A DNA stretch of 61,635 nucleotides, counting the filler, from Basidiobolus ranarum (taxonomy: Eukaryota): the NCBI GenBank assembly GCA_040143965.1. It is 10 parts of 10 records of this genome, joined end to end, with 100 filler letters (N's around TTAATTAATTAA, not from the genome) between each part and the next. Parts side by side here need not be neighbours in the genome. Positions count along the whole stretch, not along the records: positions 12,368 to 18,447 come from JASJQH010001416.1; positions 18,548 to 24,624 come from JASJQH010001417.1; 8 more parts are not named here. The stretch is one strand, 5' to 3'. Under the pieces are notes generated by a model. That model was given only the letters and a program-made list of their open reading frames with translations, was not told where the DNA came from and made no database searches. The position numbers and the translations under genes are program-made. Positions 12,368 through 23,970 of the stretch are shown one piece after another (position 1 is the first letter of the stretch; each line of letters begins with the position of its first letter).

Positions 12368-12730
12368 AATGCTGGTGGTGTGTGCGTGTCCTACTTCGAG
12401 TGGCTCAAGAATGTTTCCCATGTCCGCTTCGGACGTATGAACAAGAAGTGGGAAGAGCAAGGCAAAGAACGCCTTCTCGCCCTTGTTGAGGAGCAAGCTG
12501 GTCGCAAACTCTCTGACTCTGAGCGCCAACAAGTTATCCATGGTGCTGAAGAGCATGAGCTTGTCTACTCTGGATTGGAGGATACCATGATCAAGGCATG
12601 TGAAGAGACTCGTTTGACTGCTGAAGAGTTTGAAAGCAATGATTACCGTACTGCAGCTATTGCCAATGCCATCCGTAAGATTGCTTCTTGTTTAGAGGGT
12701 ACTGGCATCATGTTCTCTAGCCGCGGATAA
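12368..12730 (+). CDS. Glutamate dehydrogenase (GLUD-type), C-terminal part
   Basis: NAGGVCVSYFEWLKNVSHVRFGRM...VYSGLEDTM...YRTAAIANAIRKI. Confidence 0.9.
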   Translation, partial: NAGGVCVSYFEWLKNVSHVRFGRMNKKWEEQGKERLLALVEEQAGRKLSDSERQQVIHGAEEHELVYSGLEDTMIKACEETRLTAEEFESNDYRTAAIANAIRKIASCLEGTGIMFSSRG

Positions 12731-12999
12731 GCAACCGTGTTGATACACTTTCATGATTAGTAAATACCCGTTAAACTTGTAATTATAAACACTGAGGAAT
12801 AAACGTAACTCGATTACTATACCATATTGATAATATGAACATTTGTGTACACATTCTTAACGACGGTATTCCATGATTCTTACATCAAAAAATGATGATG
12901 TCACAAAGCCGAGTCACGAGTATATGCATATTTATGGTTACTAAAAATTATTTATTATTAGTGCTTGTAAACACGGTTCAAACTTCATTCCCTACACAG

Positions 13000-13504
13000 T
13001 TAAACTAATTTCGGAGGTCAAAAAAGATAAAGAAATAGTAAGTACATAACGGAATACATACCTTCTAGGAAATCAGCAGCCATCAGAAGTTCTAAAGCGA
13101 TCTCAGGCTCGATTCGTGAGCCGAAATCCGGCATTTCCGTGGTAGAATTAGTATATTTTAACTTGTAATAAAGATATTGGCAAACTTTCTCCAAGATCAC
13201 CGCTCTAATAAATATCCAAAACAACTTATAAGTTTAAATGTGTCCATTATGCCAATCTATTCTATATACCTGATCTCACGAAAATGGATCTCGTTTTCCA
13301 AAGATTCTGTGAATGGTCCTTTGTAGAAAAAAAATATCATTAGTTCGCTATTCTACACTTAGTTACTAATAATTATCTACCATTTGAACTGAGCATGTTC
13401 CGAATTGTTCCAGAACCCATGGCTGCCTTTTTACTCAAAATAAAGTCGAAACCATCAGAGCTTGTAAGTGTTACGAATGTGGAATCTACGTTTTCCTCAG
13501 TCAT
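13000..13504 (-). CDS. ELC1: Elongin C, 4 exons
   Basis: [35 protein letters not shown] / GPFTES..EIHFREI / [33 protein letters not shown] / V-stop; GT-AG introns. Confidence 0.93.
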
Positions 13505-14275
13505 TTGAGTGATAGGAAGATATCCTTAGTTTCTGGCTCCTTGTCAGTGATATTTAATGGTTGGACACGTGATATGTCGCAGCCCATATCAAAATTGGCC
13601 GTGATGTCAATATTTTTGATGGACTAATTATTGACACAAGTCTAATAGAGTTGTCGAGTGATTTTTAAGGTAATCAGGCAGATCAAGTGTCACTTTGTAT
13701 ACTCTACTTGGAGCTATTAGTTTTCTCTCTAAGAGCTATCCAGAACTGGTACCATCAAGATCAATTGTACTGACTATTGTTTGATTTAAGAACACACTAT
13801 TCCTCCACTTATATAGCCAGCAATTAGTATTCCTGAGCAGATAGTAAATATATTTTACATATCAAGTTTAAGTTCTTTACTTTTTAAATCACAGTTGATT
13901 GCACTACTACTGTAAGCATGCCAGAAATATATATTACTTTGACTACACTCTTTAATGGGGTTAATCATTGGTGTTTGTAGTGGAGATCGGTAAAAGGAGC
14001 TGTAAATATGTGTGCTAAGGATTCCCATAATATCACACAAAGCATTGACATTTGGCCAAGTATGGAAGTTTATGCATTTTGGATCATTTACAAGCTAAGA
14101 TCAAAAAGAAGACAAAACATGGACTTACAATAGATTCTTTTGGTGGACTATACACAGGTAAAGGCTTCCATATGTATAGAAGCTGATAAAGACTTTACTC
14201 TTCAACCACAGTAAACTTATTCCACTAATCCATATTTTTGGGCTACTTCCATAGTTAGCTCAATGGTGACCACTG

Positions 14276-14750
14276 TGTCAAAGTATTTAGGAGCCTGTTG
14301 GAAGTGGTTTGGACAATTGGAGAAACTCTTAGTTTTTACTTGCTGATTTATTGAGTAGAAAGTGGACATATACAGTTTTGCCAAGAGATAAACAAACAGA
14401 CATGTAGAATGTGCTAAGGTAGGTGCCAAAAACATGTGTGCAACATTTGGGACTTCTTGCATAAGCATGAAATATTCATATTTTTCAGAACTTCTCATCT
14501 GGTAAGTATAATCCAAGTAAATTCCAATTGAGAATAATTAGTGATATCTAAATGAAATATAGGATAACAAAATACTAAGCTTTGTTTGACTATATTGGTG
14601 CTTGGCAATGCTAAATTCATCACTTCCCCTTGAGTAAATAGTCAAACAAGCTAATCCTATGGCAGTTCAAAATTTAAAAGATCTCTGCCTTGCTACTGAT
14701 TTAGTTAACACATTAACAATCATGTTTTCTGTAGTATGATAAGTGAAGTC
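14276..14750 (-). mobile_element. 3' end of a Ty1/copia element: RNase H tail + polypurine tract + ~347-bp LTR (family A)
   Basis: Minus strand TENMIVNVLTKSVARQR..IGL, PPT AAGGGGAAG (14623-14631), then TG...CA LTR (14622-14276) homologous to 20410-20696 and 49864-50212. Confidence 0.7.
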
Positions 14751-14759
14751 AACAAACTT

Positions 14760-17700
14760 ATTTTCCCTAGTTCCCCTAATAAAAGATATGTAATATCCAA
14801 ATGATTCCTTTCAGTATGATATAAGGGATTCTTAGATATTTTGATGAAATTTTATTTTAATATCAATAAACTAACTATCAAGTTATGCATTTCTATATAC
14901 CTTATTTGAATATTCCCACTTAACTAATTATTTTGTATTTCTCTAAAACCTAATTTTTATCTTAATAATTCAATTGTGCTTTAGCTAAAGGTTTGGTTAA
15001 GATGTTAGCAATCATTCCTTCAGTAGGGCAATAGACATGTTCAATTATATCATTCTCTATTGCTTCTCTAACAAAATGATGCCCAATATCCATATGTTCT
15101 GCTCTGGCATGAACTAAAGGGTTTTTAGCTAAGGAAATACAACTTTGATTATCTTCAAATACCATAATAGCACACTTTTGCATGTATCTTAAGTCTATAA
15201 ATAACCTCCTTAACTGCATAGCTTGTTGTGTAGTAGCAGAGGCTGATGTATACTCTGCTTCTGTAGTGGAAAGCTCTATGGTTGGTTGATTCTTATTATT
15301 CCATATAATGGATCCATTACCATAAAGAAAAGTGTACTCAGTTGTTGATCTTCAATCATCAAGGTTTTTCCCCAGTCTTCATCACTGTAGCTTTCAATTT
15401 TTTGTGCATCAGGAGTGGCAGAGTATTTTAGAAGTAGATCTACTCTTCCTCCTAAATACCTGCATATTGATATTACTGCAGTTTTGTGTCCAGATCCTGG
15501 ATTGTTGAGATATTGGCTGACAGTCCCTGCTGCAACAGCTGTGTCTGGACATGCTCCAATCATTGTGTTCATTGAACTACCCACCATAGATAGATAAGGG
15601 TACTCCTGGCTTTGATTTGAGTCATTTTAGGCCTAATCTGATGATATTTTAATTAATTTCACATTGGGATCCATTGGTGTTGCTGCAGGCTTGCTACTCT
15701 CCATGATGAAGTGTCTTAGGATGTATAAGGTGTATCTAGACTTATTCAGCATGTTTTTTGGATTGGATTTATCTCTCTTGATTTGGATTCCATGAAAATT
15801 ACTTAATTCACCCATATCAGTCATCTGAAATTTGTTTGATAAGCTGCTTTTTGTTTGATTCAGTGCTTTTAGATCATTTGTGGCTAGAATCAAGTCATCC
15901 ACATATAGTGCCAAGATCAGGATGCTATTTCCGGCTGTTTTGAAGTAAATACTGTGATCTGCTGTGCATTTTCAGAACTTCAATGAGTCCAAATAGGTAT
16001 TGATTTTGTTGTACCATGCCCTCGGTGCTTGCTTGAGCTCATATAACAATTTTTGCTGTTTACAGACCATATCAGGATGTTTTGGGTAACAAATCCATCT
16101 GGTTGCTCCATAAAGAACTCTTATTCTAGATTCCCATTCACAAAGGATGTTTCACATCCATATAATGTAAAGCAAGGTTATGGATTGCTGAGAGTGCCAG
16201 GATTGATCTACTGGAGCTAAACTTAGCTATTGGAGCAGGAGTTTCATTAAAATCAAACCCTGGAGTCTAAGATCAACCTTTGGCAACTAATATTGCTTTG
16301 TACCTCTCTGTGGTTCCATTAGCTGGGTTTTTGACCTTACAGATCCATTTGTAAGTTATTGGCTTTCTCCCTGATGGTAGAGGAATTTAAAGTCCTTGTT
16401 ATATTGTCCTGAAGTAAGGAGAACTCCTCAGACATTGCTTTTTCCCAAAATTTTGCTTCTGGACACTCTTGAGCTTTATCTAGAGTCTGTGGCTTGTTAC
16501 AGAATGCTGCATAAGCATATACATCATCATTAGAAGTGTTCCATGGGTTTCTTGGCTTATTTTTCCTTCTGGATTATTTTCTGGGTCCTGAATCATCCTC
16601 CTGTGTAATTGCAGCTGGAATTTTGAAAGACACTTCCTGAAAAGTGCTGATTGTGTTTTCTAAATCAAGAACTATGATTTGAGACAAAAAATATGCTTTT
16701 TCAACAAAAATCACATCTCTGCACTTATTTAACTTCTGATTTTTGTATCAAACAGTCTGTAGGACTTTGATCCATTATACTAACAAAGCTCCATTCATTT
16801 TCTGCTTATGGGTTCCAATTTAGAGCATGTTTGAGCTGGAATTAGGCAACATGCTGTGCAACCAAAGATTCACACCAGGTTTTGAACCATCTAGGGCTTC
16901 AAAAGGAGTAAAGTTTAGTAGCAATCTTCTTGGACATGTGTCTCTGATATATGCTGCAGTGGAGACAGATTCAACACAATAGTGGTAAAATAACTTTTGA
17001 TCATGTAACACAGATCTTGCTATCTCCACCATGTTCCTATAAGCACATTCTGCAACTCCATTTTGCTGTGGAGTATGGGGAACAGTAGTTTGTTTCTTAT
17101 TTTCATCTTTAGAACAAAAATTAGCAAAGTCTTTAGAACAGTATTCTTCAACATTGTTACCCCTTAGTACCCTTATTTTTTGTGCCAGTTCTTTCTCTAC
17201 CATTGCTTTGTATTACTTGAACACAGCTAAGGCTTCAAATTTTGATTTGAGAAAGGATTTACAAGTATATCTTATTTTGTCATCAATAGAGGTCATTAAG
17301 TTTCCTTTTCCACCTAGTGAGACGTTTTTCATGGGCCCACATGGATCAGAATGAATCAGGGCAAATTCTGAGTGGATTGAATCTCTCCAGAGCTTGAAAA
17401 TGGCTGTTTGTGAAGTTTTCCATATATGCAAGCTTCACACAGATCCAATTTAGTGATATCATCCTTTTCTAAGCCTGAAACAAGCTGATATTGGATCATT
17501 AGAGTCAGTGTTTGTTCGCCAATGTGGCCTAATCTTCTATGCCACATTTGACAACTTATTTTACCATTTTTGGCCAAGTTTGCACACTGAGAATGCAATT
17601 TGTTGATTGCTAGCTTGCATAAGTTTTGAAAATATGCTCCTAGTAGCTAATTTGGCATAGATGCAATCTTTGCACCAATCAACTTTAGTGATATTTTCAA

Positions 17701-18080
17701 TTTCTAAGCCTGAAATAAGCAGAATTCAGATCATTTGAGTCAATGTTTGTCCCCCACTGTGGCCTAATCTTCTATACCATGTTTGACAGCTTCTTTGACC
17801 GGTTTTGACCAAGTTTGCATGCACAGAATGCAAAGCTTGTATAAGTTTTGAGGTTTTGATCCCAGTATCTAATTTGGTACTATTCTGATCTGTGATAGTG
17901 CATCCAGCCTTGCTGAACATGAAATTTACTTCTAGAGCTGTTGCTCAGCCTTCTGGGAGTAGATTCTTGCTTACATTTGGTATGGAATAAATCATCAAAT
18001 TTTGATGATGTGTTGCTGAAATTTGGTTGAAATAGAGCACAAGCATGCCCTGCTCTACTGCATCTAGTGCAGAGTCATCA
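14760..18080 (-). mobile_element. Degenerate Ty1/copia retrotransposon (GAG-pre-integrase, integrase, RT, RNase H)
   Basis: WHRRLGH, CEACIYGKLHK, IHSDPCGP, VPHTPQQNGVAE, ALYVDDLIL, EDNQSCI..HARAEHMDI..HFVRE, MIANILTKPL in integrase-RT-RNaseH order; many stops and frameshifts. Confidence 0.92.
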
Positions 18081-18081
18081 C

Positions 18082-18447
18082 CCCCAACAAAAATAAAACT
18101 GATTTAATCTGGACCGGATCCACCCTCCAAAAGAGCAAAACTGTCAGAGAACTCTCAAAATATTGGTGGCTTGCATTCTGCCAGGGATTTTGATGGTGTG
18201 ACGGCAGTTTCTTGATGGTATTTTGATGGTATTCATACATGTTAAAATACTGATCCTCAAATTTGGCATGCGTTATTCAATATCTGGCAATTTTTTACAA
18301 AAATTTAATATCTAAATGGCAAATTACTGGGCTTATTGCTGTAGGAATTTGAATTAATATGCATGCCTTTATTTAGATATTTCAGGCTTTGTATTCCAGC
18401 CATAATGAGAATCAAAAAATACAAGAATCTTGTTGTGTTTAGTCTCT
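18082..18447 (+). repeat. Left end of a CCCTAACA-terminated dispersed element (also 53541-54030) adjoining the copia element
   Basis: Clear alignment of 18168-18447 with about 53744-54023; ATTTTGATGGT-like motifs. Confidence 0.7.
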
Positions 18448-18547
18448 NNNNNNNNNNNNNNNNNNNNNNNNNNNNNNNNNNNNNNNNNNNNTTAATTAAT
18501 TAANNNNNNNNNNNNNNNNNNNNNNNNNNNNNNNNNNNNNNNNNNNN

Positions 18548-18695
18548 TAATACGAATGTCAACTTTGCGAACTAATTTCTCCTCCTCCTCTGCAGCCCAG
18601 GTGATATCTGGGTCATAGTTCTCAACGTGACTGAATCTCTCATGTTCAGCAGATAATACCTCTTGATGGAAGACTTGCTTTTTTTCCGAGCTCAT
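18548..18695 (-). CDS. MFS transporter N-terminus (allantoate/anion:cation symporter-like), truncated by contig edge
   Basis: YDPDITWAAEEEEKLVRKVDIRI matches the fungal W..EEE..LVRK.D.RI motif. Confidence 0.65.
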
Positions 18696-19514
18696 TTATG
18701 CTACGCTTCTCAGGAAGGAGATGAAGTTGAATAAGGCGAGGATTCTCTTTTAAACGCCCAGAGTTCAGAGATTTCGGGCCGCGAATAGTCCGGCTCTATC
18801 CACACTCAACGGAAGTTATTACCTCCAAGTAGGTTACAGGTCTAGAATGCCACAACCAAACGCAACTCAAGCGAACTCTAGCGTCAGTTCCAAGTAATCT
18901 TACCTAATAAGCAATATATTCACCTATCTATTATATTACCAAGAAAAGATGTATTGCTCATGTGCTTGACTTTAAGATGTCCCAAACCCGGTTTAGCTGA
19001 GATACCGGAATAGTATTTTATTATCACACTTATTACCACGCACGTTGGATTGATTGGTGGTGAGTTGAGTTGTCACTAGAGCAAAATCAACTCTTTCGCA
19101 TCAAAAATTGCACCATTCGATGTAAAAACCGGGTATGACCTAGATTGTATAAGGTTTAGCATTGTCGTTAAGACTTATTATATATTTCTATTGGGATACA
19201 CTCTAGACATGTTTACATATATCGCATTAGTATTGATCTGGGGGAATGGTGCGGAAATTGTGTCATTATTTCGCAAGATGTAGTGCTTTTCTGGTCTGAT
19301 ACAAACCGGAAGAGGGTTAGCGATTAAGAATATCGTACCAGAGAGTAGCTGCTGTACTAGAGATACATGATTAAAGTCACTTAAAAGGAAGTATATATGA
19401 CTTCTGCATCTCACCTAGTAATAGGGTTAGAAGTAATAAGCTTCAGCAATGCTGGTATAGTTAAAGTCAGTCAATTAAATTTATTAGTCATCGCATCTTT
19501 ATAATGCATAATTA

Positions 19515-19582
19515 GACTGTTACTTATAATGCTATGGTATAGTTGGACTGTTACTTATAATGCTATGGTATAATTGGACTGT
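19515..19582. repeat. 31-bp tandem duplication spanning the stop codon of the upstream small gene
   Basis: GACTGTTACTTATAATGCTATGGTATA(g/a)TTG twice, plus a partial third copy. Confidence 0.9.
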
Positions 19583-19941
19583 GAGCACGTTACCACCCCA
19601 TTACCAAGGGGGCATTTGAACGTGGTCACCTTGAGGTCTGAGTATTTTTTACCGCGATAAGTAATCTCCGGTTTGACCTGAGAAAGGTCAAGAATATACA
19701 ATCCATTTTTACTGGTGTATTTAGTAGCATCACAGCTGCCACGAGAATAATAGTCGACACAGAAAAAAGAATCTTGATCGGACGTATTATTCTTACACTC
19801 CAGAGAGACATAGCGCGAAATATGAAAATCAATTGCTCCCCCAGATGCTATTGAATACGTTTTGAAGTTACAACCCAACTCCGCAAAGATCGAGCTAACC
19901 AGATAAAGTGAAATGGAGATAGAAGTAATATCGGCACGCAT
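19555..19941 (-). CDS. Small secreted cysteine-containing protein (128 aa), unknown family
   Basis: Hydrophobic N-terminus, 6 Cys, intronless, TATAAATA about 50 nt upstream. Confidence 0.65.
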   Translation of the reverse strand: MRADITSISISLYLVSSIFAELGCNFKTYSIASGGAIDFHISRYVSLECKNNTSDQDSFFCVDYYSRGSCDATKYTSKNGLYILDLSQVKPEITYRGKKYSDLKVTTFKCPLGNGVVTCSQSNYTIAL

Positions 19942-20409
19942 TATGAGCTATACTGTGCAGTATTAATAGTAAGTAGTAATAGTGGCGGGTATTTATAGTG
20001 AGCTTTTTACTATCAGTGGCAAGAATTGGTTGTACTACTAACGACGCACTCCACTTACAAAACAACAACATCAGTTATAGCAAGAGGACTTGTGCCACAG
20101 TATCAGGATAGTCGGCAGAGTTGCCTTTATCACCCAGATGGTGAATGCCAAGGTTGACAACAGTGCTCTCATGACTCAAAATACCTATGCAGTGATAATC
20201 ATTACTATAATAATTCTCTATCTGTGGGATTTTGCAGATCGTTTCGCTTAGTATTATAATTGCATGAGCTACTTGGGAATAGGTAATATAATATTAGTAT
20301 ATATAATATATATAATGGACCTGCTCTTGACTTTGCCTAAGAAACTATTCTATGCCAACACATAAATATATATCATAGTACCTGAATAGCTTGATCTTTA
20401 CCTAATAAC

Positions 20410-20696
20410 GGCTGAAATGAGCATAGCCTAAAACCTATATATTGAACTAAGATATCACCTCGAGAGGAATTTACTTAGAAGTTCTCAGATATATAGATTT
20501 TGATAACTTGTGCTAGAAGCCCCAAACTTTGTACACATGTTCCTGGGACCTTCCTCAACATATTATACATGTTAGTTTGTTTACATCTTGACACAAGTAT
20601 AAATGTAAACTTTCTACTCAATAAATCAATAATGAAAAACCACCAATTTCTCTAATTCTCCAAACCACTTCCAACAGGCTCCCAAATACTTTAACA
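20410..20696 (+). mobile_element. Solo LTR, family A (internally deleted)
   Basis: Aligns with 49864-50212; ends TTTAACA; flanks ATAAC/ATATC (4/5 match, degenerate TSD). Confidence 0.7.
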
Positions 20697-20985
20697 ATAT
20701 CATGGTTAGCTAAGATCCAAGTAATGAGCAAGTTTCCAATAGATGTCAGTGATGGAAGCCGATTTAGAGATAGTGCAGATAATGGTAGTGCTGGTGTTTA
20801 TGACGCGGGACAGAGTATTCAATTCCTAAACTACACCAAGTAGCTTTACCAAACATGCACTAACTCTACGTTAAATATATATTCATACAGTTACCTTCAA
20901 ACACAGCAAATGAAATAATAAAAATGGATATTTATTCAATCTGTAGCTCATAATCACCTGGGTATTCTTGAAGTTCGATCTATTT

Positions 20986-21540
20986 TTAGTATTTGTCGTA
21001 ACCTTTGTTTTCTCCATAGCCGTTACCATGTCTTTTACCATTACCCTCATAATCATCTCCGTCGTATTTATCGCCACTACCACCACCACCACCACCATAT
21101 TTCTTTCCCCTTCCTCCACCACGATGATAGTCATCATTGCCGTCATATTCCTCATCATAATCACCATCACCTCTTCCACCACCGTATTTCTTTCCTCCTC
21201 CATCGCCGTGTCCATCATATTCATCATTATCATAGTCATCACTATGGCCTCCTCCACCACCACCTCCGTATTTCTTACCTCGTCCATGGCCGTATTTTCC
21301 TCCATTACCGTCACCATCATACTCGTCGTCATAGTCATCACCACCACCACCATGACCGCCGCCATATTTACCATCACCATCAAAGTCATCACCACCGCCA
21401 TATTTATGTGCTCTCCCGCCACCACCTCCACCAGGACCTACTCCCTTATAACTTGGATCGTACGAGCGCTCAAGCACGCTGGCATTGATAGCAAAGGTTG
21501 TGGAGAGAACAAGTAAGAGTTGAGCGACTGCGTACTTCAT
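20986..21540 (-). CDS. Secreted Gly/Asp/Tyr-rich low-complexity protein
   Basis: Signal peptide MKYAVAQLLLVLSTTFAINA; alternating GRGKKYGGGGG and DDYDDEYDG modules. Confidence 0.85.
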   Translation of the reverse strand: MKYAVAQLLLVLSTTFAINASVLERSYDPSYKGVGPGGGGGGRAHKYGGGDDFDGDGKYGGGHGGGGDDYDDEYDGDGNGGKYGHGRGKKYGGGGGGGHSDDYDNDEYDGHGDGGGKKYGGGRGDGDYDEEYDGNDDYHRGGGRGKKYGGGGGGSGDKYDGDDYEGNGKRHGNGYGENKGYDKY

Positions 21541-21877
21541 TGTTGAGATGATTAATAAATATACAGAGAAAGAAGAGTATTATATACTCGACCGAAATAG
21601 TGTTCAAATGTAGATACATACTGATCGATGTACTGTTATGAAGTATATTTAAGTTAAGCACAAACAGCATGTACGATACAGAATACTAAACGTGGTGATA
21701 TGTATTATTTGTTAAAATGTCTAACAAATCAATCCCACAACGGCCGTACAGACATGCTCTACGTATGGTATGGTGTACATCAATCTACACTTATTTGAAA
21801 TAGGTATTTGATTAAAAGCCTTTTCATGTGATAGTTAGTTGTGTCCCATAAGTTTGATTAGCAGTATTATTTGGAGA

Positions 21878-21883
21878 TATATA
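21878..21883 (+). promoter_or_regulatory. TATA element of the U6 gene
   Basis: TATATA 29 nt upstream of the inferred +1 G at 21907. Confidence 0.6.
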
Positions 21884-21906
21884 CTGCAGATTGACTCATT
21901 AACATT

Positions 21907-21937
21907 GTCAAGTTCCTCGGAACCTCTGACACTTGAA

Positions 21938-21968
<31 letters not shown>

Positions 21969-22029
21969 GGCCCCTGCACAAGGATGACACGTAAATCTTG
22001 AGTGGACACCTCTTCGGAGGACATTTTTT
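21907..22029 (+). ncRNA. U6: U6 spliceosomal snRNA
   Basis: Core AAAATTGGAACGATACAGAGAAGATTAGCATGGCCCCTGCACAAGGATGACAC (ACAGAGA box 21952-21958, AGC triad, ISL), 5' stem-loop, T6 terminator 22024-22029. Confidence 0.97.
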
Positions 22030-23449
22030 CATTATACCATGGGATATATTCCTCGTAATGGTAGAAATTATTTTATTCCATCACAAGTTTGGATTGAGTC
22101 GAACGACTTTGTCATAGCTGGAATTGGTATCGGTTCCGTGGTTGGAGTTGTAATCGGGATTTTTTTCTTCCACAAAAATCGAGCTAACGGAAATGCTAAT
22201 ACATACCTTTGTATATTGAAAATAGTCAGATAACACCAATTAGAGAAAATAGAATAACTCTCTCGCACAACAAGTTATCTGAATGGTAAGTACTAGCAAA
22301 GGAGAAATCAGCTTGATATTGAATAAAATAAAGATTGTCGCATATAACATGGGTACCAACATATAATAGCTTAATTGAGCAATATGTGAAGCACTGTATA
22401 TACTTAGTTTGATGAGATAAATACTGAAGCTTTTACCGTTTATCTGAATTTACATCTTTAATCTATATCTTATACATTAGCTTGGAATGGTCTCTAGTAT
22501 TCTCAATATGATTTAATGGTTTGCAACTACACTGATAGGGCTACTACACTGCTAGGGTTACTAATAGGATTAGTCTTAGCCCAAACCTTCTTTTCATTTA
22601 CTACAATTTTATTGGGTGACAATCACTTCCTTGATCTAAACATCAATGATCGTTCAGTTACTGAAGTGTTTATATGAAACAAATGCCAACTATAAATGCC
22701 TCTATGTCTTGAGATTCCACTCAACCATCACCAATCCCTACAACTATCAACAACAATCACCACATGTATGATACATCCAAGTGCTTCAGCTTAATTAGAT
22801 TTAACTTCAGTTTTCACCAAAATGTAGAGCTAGTAATGGATATCGTGAAGTTTATGCAAAACTAGTAGCCTATTTAAAGTGCATAAATAAACACACAAAG
22901 ATGGTCTTTTCACAGAAAAGTTCATGCTTCTAAGGAATATTGAAGCATAAAAGCCGATTCTAATCAATACTGTTAAGTTCATACGATCAAATGTTGTAAA
23001 AATAGTGCTAATATTAGCACACGATTCATATCTAGATTTGAACACGATGGGTATCTAATGAGTAACCAGTTGATAATGTTTGGCGATGGCTGAGACTTGA
23101 TGCGATTAAACGTTGCATGTATTGCTTGTATAACCTGCAAACAAATCACTCCAATTGACCTGAAACGTAACAGATTTTTAGTACGTCCTTTAGCAATAAT
23201 GCTAATATTTTTACATGCTCAATATCTACGGATTCTATTTGTGCCCAGTACAGCATTTCTGGGAACTACTGGAGTACATGTGCGCGTGTAACCCATGCCT
23301 TCTAAGATTGCTCCATTTGACGTGGGATGTTGCTATATCTTGAGTTGTTCTGGATTCTCTGGTTACAGTGGGAAAAAACCAATGAGAGTTACTGCGTATT
23401 TCCATTATCAAAATACAGGCAGTGAACGTTTGAATACCCTGAATCGTCA

Positions 23450-23970
23450 TCTTTTGAGTTTTTCGACATCATCATTGAGTGCGGTCAAAACTGCACGTTC
23501 CATTAACAACTCTGGAAGCAGTCGTGTCGTATCAATGGTGGGGTATATGACTTCGAAGCGCTGGCTCCTGGTGGGATAAATCTCATTGGGGTCAGCAGGC
23601 TCTGTACCATTTTATACATCAAGATGATAGGTCGCAAAATCCTCAGCCTGAGTCTGCCTGCATAACCCACGCAGCACAACCCGGAGGACCTGATGAAAGT
23701 CCTCACCAAGAACAACAACTAGGATTGAAGTGTTTCATCCACGCCTGGAGCAGGCTCATTGGCAGCAGCAAGAGCAGAATCGTTGACAGGATTGATGTCC
23801 ACGTTGACCCGGTCATGGTTCTTGTAGACATACTTGTACAAATGCCCCACTGTGGACATGGATGTGCAGACTTTGACGTTGATGTGAGAATTGTACTTGA
23901 TGCTTAAGTACAGTTTGTGTAGGACTACCCAGCAGTTGTTGATGTTCACATAACGATTGCCATGCACATC
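23450..23970 (-). mobile_element. Internally deleted Helitron Rep/Pif1-helicase relic
   Basis: NNCWVVLHKLYLSIKYNSHINVKVC..HLYKYVYKNHDR..DE (Rep-adjacent motif), followed directly by VVLGEDFHQVLRVVLRG, EDFATYHLDV and ERAVLTALNDDVEKL (Pif1-like motifs). Confidence 0.8.

Noticed and set aside
20883-21516. Hydrophobic ORFs 20883-21431 (-) and 20968-21516 (+)
   Set aside because: Frame and antisense shadows of the Gly-rich gene.
21835-22032. 65-aa ORF on the minus strand
   Set aside because: Antisense to the U6 snRNA gene.
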